A stretch of 64,000 bases of DNA from Chloroflexota bacterium (lineage in GTDB: Bacteria; Chloroflexota; Anaerolineae; Ardenticatenales; JAADHH01), in assembly GCA_013151955.1 (NCBI GenBank), contig JAADHH010000095.1, forward strand, positions 3,195 through 67,194, read 5' to 3'. The notes below the pieces were generated by a model. The model was given only the letters and a program-made list of their open reading frames with translations. It ran no database searches and was not told the DNA's origin. A program made the position numbers and the translations under genes. This document shows, in pieces, positions 54,036 through 61,803 of this stretch. How positions within the stretch are numbered: position 1 is the stretch's first letter; the number at the start of each line of letters is the position of its first letter.

Positions 54036-57000
54036 CTACGGGCAGGGTCTGGTCCCAGTGATCTGCGGGGCCAGGTCCACAACGTGGGTCTGGTCGTCAG
54101 AACCCGTGAATGAGACTTGAGCCGTACCCGCCGAACTGGGTGGCGGATTGCTCACAGTCGCCGAAAGCGTGATCGTCACCGAATCGTCAACCTTCATGTT
54201 GCCCAGGTTCCAGGTCATCGTCTGGCCATTGACGCTGGCCGGCGACGGATTGGCCGAGCCGTTCACATATTGCAAGTCAGCCGGCAACACCTCGGTAACT
54301 ACCACATTCTTCCAAATGATCTGTGTGATCTGTGTGCCAATATCCTGGAAAATTCCGGCTAGATCGCTGGAGTTCGGCGCTTCATAGTAATGCGCACTAT
54401 CCGAAGCCATACTTCGCAGTACATTGCGGGCCAGGTTCTCCGTAGCGCTGCCGTGTTGCTGCCCGACATCGCCCAGGTTGAGACCAATCGTGAATACCGT
54501 GGTCCCCTGGTTCTTGGCGGAAGCCGCTTGGTTGATGGCGTCATTCGTGCAGTTGGTGGGCGAAGAGGGCCAAGTGCTGCAACCCTGGGAGCTGCCATGC
54601 CGGCGGTTGGCCACACCATCGCTCAGCACGACGATGATCGGTATGGCATTGCTTCGCGCCCGGCTGCTGTTTAGCTCTTGTTGAGCCTTGTAGACGGCAT
54701 CGCCGATGTTGGTGTAACCATTGGCGTTGAAGTTGTCGATGGCGTTTTTCACGCTATTGAAATTGTTCGTCAGACTGTGGTCCTTGCTGGCTGTCGTAGA
54801 GTAGGAAACGAGCCCTACTTTGTCCGTGCTGGAATCGAGCTGATCGATCAGCAGTTTGGCCGCACTCTTGGCATCGCTGATGGGCTGCGGTGGGTTGCCA
54901 CCCGCGTCGTCCATGGAACCGGAGCGATCGAGCACGATCATGACATCCAGCTTGGTATGTTGCGTGAACGGTGTCCCCGTAGGTTGGACCCCTATGGCAA
55001 TGTCGGCAATCTCGCACTGCCCAGAGGTCGTCGGCGTAGCCGTTACCGTTGGTGTGGGCGTGGCTGTGGACGTGGGCGTGCTGGTAGCCCCTCCCTGCGG
55101 CGTACTGGTCGCCGCCGGCGGCGCGCACGGCCCCGGTTGCACGTTGACTGTGTTCTGACCAACGCGGCTGGGCGATGCGTGGATGTAGGGGATCGTCACA
55201 TGGTCGAACCCGGCTTGCCCAAAGGCGGCCTTGTCCACGTCCACGGTGTAAATCACTTCGTAGAGCCAGTTCGGATAACTCGGGTTGGGCGTGTAGTTGG
55301 CATCTGTCGCCGGCGAATCGGTGGTCATGTTGGAGTATCCGGCGCTATTCAGATTGTAGTCCAGCGATGTAGAAGCGCTCAGCACCCAGGCTGCATTCCC
55401 CACATTCACGCTGCCGTCACCGCCCGTCACCCCTTGGGAGGCATAGCCGGAAGGCGCGCTGCCATCCACATCCAGATAGTCTACGGAAATATCCATCACC
55501 TCACTGCCGTTGCCATCGTAGAGCAGGAACTGCGCCCGGTCGCTCTTCCAGAGGTCCTGGAACGTGTGTTGTTTGAGCCGGCCATTCTTCCAGTACTCAG
55601 ATGTGTTGGCTCCGTAGGTGTTGTCCACGAATTCCTTATCCAATACCAGGCGGATGCGGATGTACCCGCCCATGTCTGTGGCGTACAGTTGGGTGTAGAA
55701 GTATTCGGGTCCCTGGCCCGGGTAGGCCGGGTTTGGCGACACATAGCAGACTTCCTGGCTGCCGCCGGGGGTCGGCGTGGCGGTGGGCGAACCGGAAGGG
55801 GTGGTCGTACTCGTCGGCGTCGATTCAGGCCCCTGACTGCCGCCGCTGCCACTGGTGGTGATGCTGCAACCATTTTCAAAGTAGAAGGTCACCACAAAGT
55901 CGCCCATGTTGAAATAGGAAGCCAGGTCGGATGGACTATGGTCGAAGTCCGCCTCCCAGGTTTTGCCGTGGTTCTTCTTGATTTCCTTATCACCGGAGAA
56001 GTGCGAGACGTCGGTGGGGGACGAATGCCCATCGCCACCCCAGATGCGGTGGCCGCCCAACTTGAACCAGTCGATCTTCATGTGCGGGTAATGATCGCTC
56101 TCCGGCCAGTAGAAGACAATGCGGTCGAGTTCTGCATCCTCGTCCGTGCCATTCGTGATTGTGGTTTGCACGTGGTCCTTGTTGCTGGGCACGGTGACCA
56201 GTTGGCTGGCCGTCAGACCGCTGCACTGCGACGAGGTCGTCGGTACCGGCGTGGGGCTAGGCTGTGCCGTAGACTCTGGCGTGGGGCTAGGCCCAAACTG
56301 GCTGCTGCCCGATGCGGAAACGGCGCACCCACCCTCGAAATAAATGGTCACCTGGTAGCTGGAGAGGTTGAAGACGTCGGTCAAGTGTTCGGGGCCGTCC
56401 TTGATCTTGGCTTTCCAGGTCTTGTGGTGGCCGTGCTCAATCTCACGGTGATCATCATGTCCAGACAGGGTGACATCGGTGGGCGGCGAGGCGTCATCTC
56501 CCTCCCATATTTCGTGGTCATCCAGCTTGAACTTGTCCACCTTCATGTTGGGGTAATCGCCGCTGGTCGGCCAGACAAAGTAGATCCGGGTAATCTTGGC
56601 GTTATCGTGACTGGCATTGTTCGTAAGGGTAACCCGCAGTTCGTCATTATCGTGCAAGGTTATGTCGCTGGCGGCGATGCTCTGGCACTGCGCGGGAGTG
56701 GTCGGTGTCGGGCTGCTGGCAATTGTTGTGGCGGTGGGAGACGAGCGGCCGCAATCCGAGACCTGGATGGTAACAGAATCTTGCTCACCGGTCGCCGGTA
56801 CGACAGCGTACACACGGTAGCGTCCGGTGCCCTGGTTGCCTCCGTTCATGTCGTCGGGGACAACGGTAACATTGCGATGGGCATTGAAGTCATCCAGGTG
56901 CCAGTTCCGAAACTGTTCCGGCCCCGGTTGTTGTTCGTAATAGAAAGTATACGACGTGCCCACCGGAGAGACTTGCACATAGTTGCTCAGATTGAACGTG

Positions 57001-57560
57001 TCCCAAATACACACGCTCAGGTTTTCCGTCGCGAAGGAAACATCTCCCCCCGGATTGGGTGTCGTGGTGGGCGTGAAGGTCGGTGTGGGCAAGGGCGCAA
57101 AGGTAGGAGGACTATCCTGCCATGGAGCCGATTCGCCTCCCGATCCAACAATGGTGCGTGCAGAGACAAAGCTGACCGTCATCGATGGTAGGATACGGTT
57201 GATAAACGGGGTCATCGGATGGTAAGAATAGCTGGGAGTTACCACGATGCGGTAGTCTCCCGGTATCGTTTGCGAAAGGTCTACGTTGTGACCAAAAACG
57301 CCGTCATCATAGGCGATGGCAACGTGTACATCATCGGCGCGAATGGTTACAATTTTGGAGCGTACTGCCTGAATGATCCCCAAGGTATCGCCCGGATTGG
57401 CCGCACCGTAGCGGGAACCTTCCCTTGCCGCATTCGACAGATTGCTCCAAAGCAACATAGCATGGCCCATGTCCACAATGCCTGAAATGATGATGAGCAA
57501 TATCGGCAGTACAAGCGCAAATTCTAGTAAGCTCTGCCCTTTTTGGGTTCTTCTCTTCAT
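54036..57560 (-). CDS. Giant TadE-N-terminal / vWA-domain protein (1174 aa) with internal tandem modules; putative pilus-associated adhesin
   Basis: SD GGAGGG upstream. N-terminus 'MKRRTQKGQSLLEFALVLPILLIIISGIVDMGHAMLLWSNLSNAAREGSRYG' (TadE). vWA MIDAS 'VLDRSGSMDD...YTNIG...VVLSDGVANRR' (residues ~869-1080). Thr/Pro linkers. Two homologous ~127-aa modules at residues 291-417 and 445-570. Confidence 0.85.
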   Translation of the reverse strand: MKRRTQKGQSLLEFALVLPILLIIISGIVDMGHAMLLWSNLSNAAREGSRYGAANPGDTLGIIQAVRSKIVTIRADDVHVAIAYDDGVFGHNVDLSQTIPGDYRIVVTPSYSYHPMTPFINRILPSMTVSFVSARTIVGSGGESAPWQDSPPTFAPLPTPTFTPTTTPNPGGDVSFATENLSVCIWDTFNLSNYVQVSPVGTSYTFYYEQQPGPEQFRNWHLDDFNAHRNVTVVPDDMNGGNQGTGRYRVYAVVPATGEQDSVTIQVSDCGRSSPTATTIASSPTPTTPAQCQSIAASDITLHDNDELRVTLTNNASHDNAKITRIYFVWPTSGDYPNMKVDKFKLDDHEIWEGDDASPPTDVTLSGHDDHREIEHGHHKTWKAKIKDGPEHLTDVFNLSSYQVTIYFEGGCAVSASGSSQFGPSPTPESTAQPSPTPVPTTSSQCSGLTASQLVTVPSNKDHVQTTITNGTDEDAELDRIVFYWPESDHYPHMKIDWFKLGGHRIWGGDGHSSPTDVSHFSGDKEIKKNHGKTWEADFDHSPSDLASYFNMGDFVVTFYFENGCSITTSGSGGSQGPESTPTSTTTPSGSPTATPTPGGSQEVCYVSPNPAYPGQGPEYFYTQLYATDMGGYIRIRLVLDKEFVDNTYGANTSEYWKNGRLKQHTFQDLWKSDRAQFLLYDGNGSEVMDISVDYLDVDGSAPSGYASQGVTGGDGSVNVGNAAWVLSASTSLDYNLNSAGYSNMTTDSPATDANYTPNPSYPNWLYEVIYTVDVDKAAFGQAGFDHVTIPYIHASPSRVGQNTVNVQPGPCAPPAATSTPQGGATSTPTSTATPTPTVTATPTTSGQCEIADIAIGVQPTGTPFTQHTKLDVMIVLDRSGSMDDAGGNPPQPISDAKSAAKLLIDQLDSSTDKVGLVSYSTTASKDHSLTNNFNSVKNAIDNFNANGYTNIGDAVYKAQQELNSSRARSNAIPIIVVLSDGVANRRHGSSQGCSTWPSSPTNCTNDAINQAASAKNQGTTVFTIGLNLGDVGQQHGSATENLARNVLRSMASDSAHYYEAPNSSDLAGIFQDIGTQITQIIWKNVVVTEVLPADLQYVNGSANPSPASVNGQTMTWNLGNMKVDDSVTITLSATVSNPPPSSAGTAQVSFTGSDDQTHVVDLAPQITGTRPCP

Positions 57561-57717
57561 GGGTCCTGCCCTCCACGTCTACGCAAGCATGTAGAATCCG
57601 AAGATGGTCTTGAAATAGTCTTTGCCTTCTACTATTATATCCTAACGCTACGTGCCAAGCAATAGGATTGTAGTACCGTTACACAGCCAACTTCTGCCAT
57701 TGTGACAAGCAAATGAG

Positions 57718-57842
57718 GTATCTTCTCAATAATTCGGGGTGAGTGGACCGTCGTGCCTCCCTACCCCCCAAAAACTTTTGGGGGAGTGTGCTCCCCCAGA
57801 ATTGGGGCCCCGGGGGCGTTTCCCAGGTTATTGAGAAGATAC
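57718..57842 (+). mobile_element. MITE, shared-TIR superfamily, core type A (copy A3)
   Basis: GTATCTTCTCAATAATTCGGGG ... CCCAGGTTATTGAGAAGATAC. Flanks CAAATGAG / CAAATGGA match at 6 of 8. Confidence 0.85.
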
Positions 57843-57898
57843 CAAATGGACGAATCGGCGAATGTCCCCTGGCCAAAGACCACGCCGGTCTGCCAAAA

Positions 57899-59863
57899 TC
57901 AAAAGTCAAATTCGACATATTCCGTCTCGCGCAGGGCCGGCTCTGCAATGCCCAAAATGGACAGCAATTCGGCAATCATCTCTGTCTTGCGGATGGCATC
58001 TTTTCGGGACCACGTGCGACTCTTGATTTCCAGAAAAGGGGCACCCTTCGCCGGACGGATCATGGTGTCCATGTTGATCACAAAGGCTGTGCCCCGGAAG
58101 GCGATGTGCAAACGCTCACGTCGTTTTTGCACCTCGCGTGACTCCGCGGGTTGAAAATACTCCTGGTAGAAGCGGAGAGACCGGTCCGCGATGGCCACGT
58201 AGCGCGCACGGGACAAAACCACGGCATGTTCGTAGGCCACCTTTTCGGCAGGCTCCATCAAGGTGAGGAAATAGAGCGGATGTACCTCTCCGGCCGTTCC
58301 GCTGACAAAATCTTCCCGGTAGCGGATGCGGCCCTCTTCCGGACCAAAGAGCAAGTAGGTGTCGTACTGCTCGCGCTGACTGCCCCGGCCAATGACTACA
58401 TCGGGGTGACTGAAGGCCTGGTGCAGTTGCAAAGGCTCTGCCAACTCCGCCTTGACTTGCACCTCGAAGGTCTCCTGGTGTTCCACCGTGCTGATGGCCA
58501 CCAGTTTGCTCAACAGGTCTCCCTCGCGCTCCGCCAAGAAGGCGTAGATTTGTTCAGACTGTTGTTGGGCTTCTTTTGCGATAGCGGGCAGGTCAACGGT
58601 GAGGAGTTGACCATCACGCAGCAGGAACTGCCCATTCACGATGACGTGGCGCACATCATTGCTCTTGGCGCTGTACACCAGTTGCGAATACACGGTCTCT
58701 GTGATGGGCTGATACATCGGCGTCAGATGGGCCGCCGCATGATCTACGGTGACCATGTCCGCGCGTTTGCCCGATTCCAGGGAGCCGATCAAATGATCCA
58801 GGTGAATGGCTCGCGCACTTTCGATGGTGGCCAGGGCCAGGGCCTGTTTGGCCGGCAAGGCCAGGGGGTCATGGTTCACCCCTTTGGGCAACAAGGCCGC
58901 GAGACGCATCTCCTCAAACATGTCCTGATCGTTGTTGCTCGCTGCGCCATCTGTGCCGATGCCCACCGCGATCCCTTTGGCCAACATCTCTGCAACGGGA
59001 GCCACGCCGCTGGCCAGCTTCAGGTTGCTGGTTGGATTGTGGGCCACGCCCACACCGTAATCGTGCAGGATTTCCAGTTCCCCATGCCGGGGATGGACGC
59101 AGTGTGCAGCGATGGTTTTGGCCTCGAACAGCCCCACGGAAGCCCCCCAGGCGATGGGAGGGAGGTCGTGCTCCGACTGGGTCTCCTCCACTTCCCGGCG
59201 CGTCTCCGACAGATGGATGATCAAGGGGACATCATAGCGGAGGGCCAGTTGGCGAGTCAGTTGCAGGACTTCCGCGGTGCAGCTATAGGGTGCATGAGGG
59301 GCAACAGCCGGCACGATGAGGGGATGGTCTTTCCATTCCTTGATCATCTCTTCGCAGTAGGCCAGGCTCTCATCGTAACTCTCCGCGTCGGGGGTGGACC
59401 AATTCATGATGGTCTCGCCGCAAATCGCCCTCATGCCGGCCTCGGCAGCCGCTTGGGCCACGGCTCCCTCAAAGTAGTACATGTCCACAAAGCAGGTTGT
59501 GCCGCCACGTATCATTTCGGCGCAGGACAGCAGCGTGCCCAGGCGACAGAACGCTTCGCAAACGAAGGCCCGTTCGACCGGCAGCATGTACCCGTAGAGC
59601 CACACATCCAGTTGGCGGTCATCAGCCAGTCCCCGGAGCAAACTCATCGGCACGTGGGTGTGTGCGTTGATCAGGCCGGGGATGATGGTCTGCCCGGCAC
59701 AATCTACCACGGTGTCGGCATGATGGGCCGCAGCGATTTCCCCGGCCGGCCCTACGGCAACGATGTTTTCTGCCAGGATCGCAATTGCCCCGTTTTCGAA
59801 TACGTCTCTGGCGGGATTCATCGTCACGACCGTGCCGCCGGTCAAAATTATGTCTACGTTCAT
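57899..59863 (-). CDS. MtaD-like amidohydrolase (5'-methylthioadenosine/S-adenosylhomocysteine/adenosine-type deaminase) fused to a C-terminal CYTH-like domain
   Basis: ORF to 59881 (TTG); ATG 59863 has SD GAGGAG. 'GLINAHTHVPMSLLRG' is the metal site. The C-terminal 193 aa (57902-58480), 'FEVQVKAEL...QYDTYL...RIRYRED...KRRERLHIAFRGTAFVINMDTM...PFLEIKSRT', matches the CYTH topology motifs. Confidence 0.85.
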   Translation of the reverse strand: MNVDIILTGGTVVTMNPARDVFENGAIAILAENIVAVGPAGEIAAAHHADTVVDCAGQTIIPGLINAHTHVPMSLLRGLADDRQLDVWLYGYMLPVERAFVCEAFCRLGTLLSCAEMIRGGTTCFVDMYYFEGAVAQAAAEAGMRAICGETIMNWSTPDAESYDESLAYCEEMIKEWKDHPLIVPAVAPHAPYSCTAEVLQLTRQLALRYDVPLIIHLSETRREVEETQSEHDLPPIAWGASVGLFEAKTIAAHCVHPRHGELEILHDYGVGVAHNPTSNLKLASGVAPVAEMLAKGIAVGIGTDGAASNNDQDMFEEMRLAALLPKGVNHDPLALPAKQALALATIESARAIHLDHLIGSLESGKRADMVTVDHAAAHLTPMYQPITETVYSQLVYSAKSNDVRHVIVNGQFLLRDGQLLTVDLPAIAKEAQQQSEQIYAFLAEREGDLLSKLVAISTVEHQETFEVQVKAELAEPLQLHQAFSHPDVVIGRGSQREQYDTYLLFGPEEGRIRYREDFVSGTAGEVHPLYFLTLMEPAEKVAYEHAVVLSRARYVAIADRSLRFYQEYFQPAESREVQKRRERLHIAFRGTAFVINMDTMIRPAKGAPFLEIKSRTWSRKDAIRKTEMIAELLSILGIAEPALRETEYVEFDF

Positions 59864-59885
59864 ACCTGTCTCCTCAATCAATTTT

Positions 59886-59945
59886 AGAAGTTTTCTCCCA
59901 GAAGTTCAACTTCTCCCAGAAGTTGAACTTCTGAACTTCTGGGGG
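59886..59945. repeat. Cluster of AGAAGTTSAACTTCT palindromes
   Basis: AGAAGTTTTCTCCCAGAAGTTCAACTTCTCCCAGAAGTTGAACTTCTGAACTTCTGG. The same palindrome is found at 2926-2940, 10389-10421 and within MITE D1. Confidence 0.85.
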
Positions 59946-59986
59946 AACTTATTATTTACGCTTGCTTACTTTGCCGGATTTGGCTT

Positions 59987-61408
59987 CTACGGTAAGGCCG
60001 TGGCAACCACGGAGCCGTCGTCGTCTGTAAGATCAATCAGCACATGTTCCAGCGCACCGGTAAACATGCGCATCTGGTCTTTGATGATGATTTCTGTCCA
60101 GGCCGCGAGGTGGCCATATACGATGACACGTGGTTTGCCTTTCTCCCGGTCTTGCGCCATGTCTTCCAACTGCTTCCGCAATTCTTCGGCCTCTTCATTC
60201 AGAATGGCTTGAACACCCTCCAACCGGGAGAGCAGATCGGCTCGGTCGGCGGGCAATTGGCCAAAGTCGTCTTTCAGTCCTTCCAGGATGGAGATTTGTG
60301 CGTTGACTTGTTGCAGATTCTTGATATCTGCGTCCAGTCGCTTTTGGCTTTCTCTGCGCTTCCGGGCACGAGACGGTTTCTCTCCCACGCGCAGACGGGT
60401 AACCGCTCCTCGTCGCGACCCCACGTTGACCACGTTGATATCGTTGCCGGCGACCATAGTACCGGCAACGATGTCCCCCCTTTGTGTGTCCTCGGATCCG
60501 ACGATGATGGAATCCTCAGCCTGGAAATGGCAGCGCACAGCTTCGCGTTCCACGTAAACATTGCCTCCTGCGGCGACGTTCGTGCGGTCCGCGAACTGTA
60601 GATGTACGTCCCCCTGGGCCACGATATTTGCTCGATTGGGCCCACTGACCACGCCCTTTTTGACGTACACATCACTGTCGCTCTCCAGCGCGGCATCCTC
60701 CAGGAATCCGTGCACAGTTATGTCCCCGGTTGCTTTGACCTTGAACCCGCTGCGTACATTGCCATGAATGATCACCTGACCATCGACATCGAGATTGCCT
60801 GTAGAGAAATCTACATCCCCATTGACAGTGAAGGTCTGCTCTACGGAAAGGCGCACAGTTTTTCCGTAGTCGCGGATGTGCAATTGCCCGTTGATGGACG
60901 CAATCAACTCCAAGGGGTCTGCCTCGGACAATTGTGTGCCATGCCCTGTTGGCAAGGGTACATCACGGCCATTGTGTGCCGGAAGGGGACGTCCCAACAC
61001 ATTGAACCCCGGTGTCCCTTGTGTCGGAGGAATCTTGCGTGCCAGCGACTGCCCTGCGCTGACGTTGATCACCAGTCCCAAGTTACGATAATCTACGCGA
61101 CCACTCTCTTTCTCTTGAGGTCTTCCCGCCTCCGGCAAATCCACAAGAAGTTCAATTTGCGCGTCGGTACCGTGGATGGCCGGTTGCCCCTCGGCGACCA
61201 ACTCGCGGTTCACGTAGCGCTGGCCGGCGATGATTTCATCAATTTTGTCCAGAAGCACGCCACCTTCCACGGATGCCTGGCCCAGTGCTTCGTAGACATC
61301 GTCCACGGTGTAAGGATAGGGTTCCCCATCAAGAGAACGCGGCAGGGTGAGATAGGCCTTCATCTTATCCTGCGATACGGTTACCTTCCGAGGGGACTTC
61401 GCGTTCAT
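59987..61408 (-). CDS. FapA/DUF342 family protein
   Basis: ORF to 61498; likely start ATG 61408 (MNAKSPRKVTVSQDKMKAYLTLP). Beta-helical 'GNVRSGFKVKATGDITVHGFLEDAALESDSDVYVKKGVV...GDVHLQFADRTNVAAGGNVYV' and a C-terminal coiled coil. Confidence 0.8.
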   Translation of the reverse strand: MNAKSPRKVTVSQDKMKAYLTLPRSLDGEPYPYTVDDVYEALGQASVEGGVLLDKIDEIIAGQRYVNRELVAEGQPAIHGTDAQIELLVDLPEAGRPQEKESGRVDYRNLGLVINVSAGQSLARKIPPTQGTPGFNVLGRPLPAHNGRDVPLPTGHGTQLSEADPLELIASINGQLHIRDYGKTVRLSVEQTFTVNGDVDFSTGNLDVDGQVIIHGNVRSGFKVKATGDITVHGFLEDAALESDSDVYVKKGVVSGPNRANIVAQGDVHLQFADRTNVAAGGNVYVEREAVRCHFQAEDSIIVGSEDTQRGDIVAGTMVAGNDINVVNVGSRRGAVTRLRVGEKPSRARKRRESQKRLDADIKNLQQVNAQISILEGLKDDFGQLPADRADLLSRLEGVQAILNEEAEELRKQLEDMAQDREKGKPRVIVYGHLAAWTEIIIKDQMRMFTGALEHVLIDLTDDDGSVVATALP

Positions 61409-61700
61409 GCTCCATTCGGCCTTTTCGGCGAATCGCAGAGAGAGATTCGTTCCGCTTTCCGCCCCTGGGTGATTGTCCTGCAAAGTAGGCGTACACAATG
61501 GAGGTCAACATTTATTCCATCCGCTAAATTATACCAAATTTCTTGCCAAAAGTAAATAGGCGCTTAGGGCGTCAACATCGACGAAATTTTGTCACTGCTT
61601 TGAAAACCAGATGTCAGTTGTCAGTCGTCAGTAGCCAGATGTCAGATGTCATATCATGTAGCCCTTGAATCCCCATTCCAGGGCGGGTTCGTCCCTCTGG

Positions 61701-61767
61701 CCCCCCTACCCCCCCAATCCTGGGGGGAACCATCCGACTCCCCCCAGAATTGGGGGGCCGGGGGGGC
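61701..61767 (+). repeat. TIR-less fragment of the type-A MITE core
   Basis: CCCCCCTACCCCCCCAATCCTGGGGGGAACCATCCGACTCCCCCCAGAATTGGGGGGCCGGGGGGGC parallels the A1-A3 cores. A family C left-end fragment sits at 61556-61595. Confidence 0.7.
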
Positions 61768-61803
61768 TTCCGCCGCTCCACGCTCCACGCCCCTCCTCGC
61801 AGG

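Noticed and set aside
54678-57191. 837-aa plus-strand ORF.
   Set aside because: It is antisense to the well-supported 1174-aa TadE-vWA gene. Its composition is Arg/Gly/Val-rich (RRRRR, GGRRG runs), as expected for the reverse frame of a GC-rich gene, and it has no motifs.
58151-59887. 578-aa plus-strand ORF.
   Set aside because: It is antisense to the amidohydrolase-CYTH gene, which has clear catalytic motifs. It is rich in Gly, His, Gln and Arg and has no recognisable domain.
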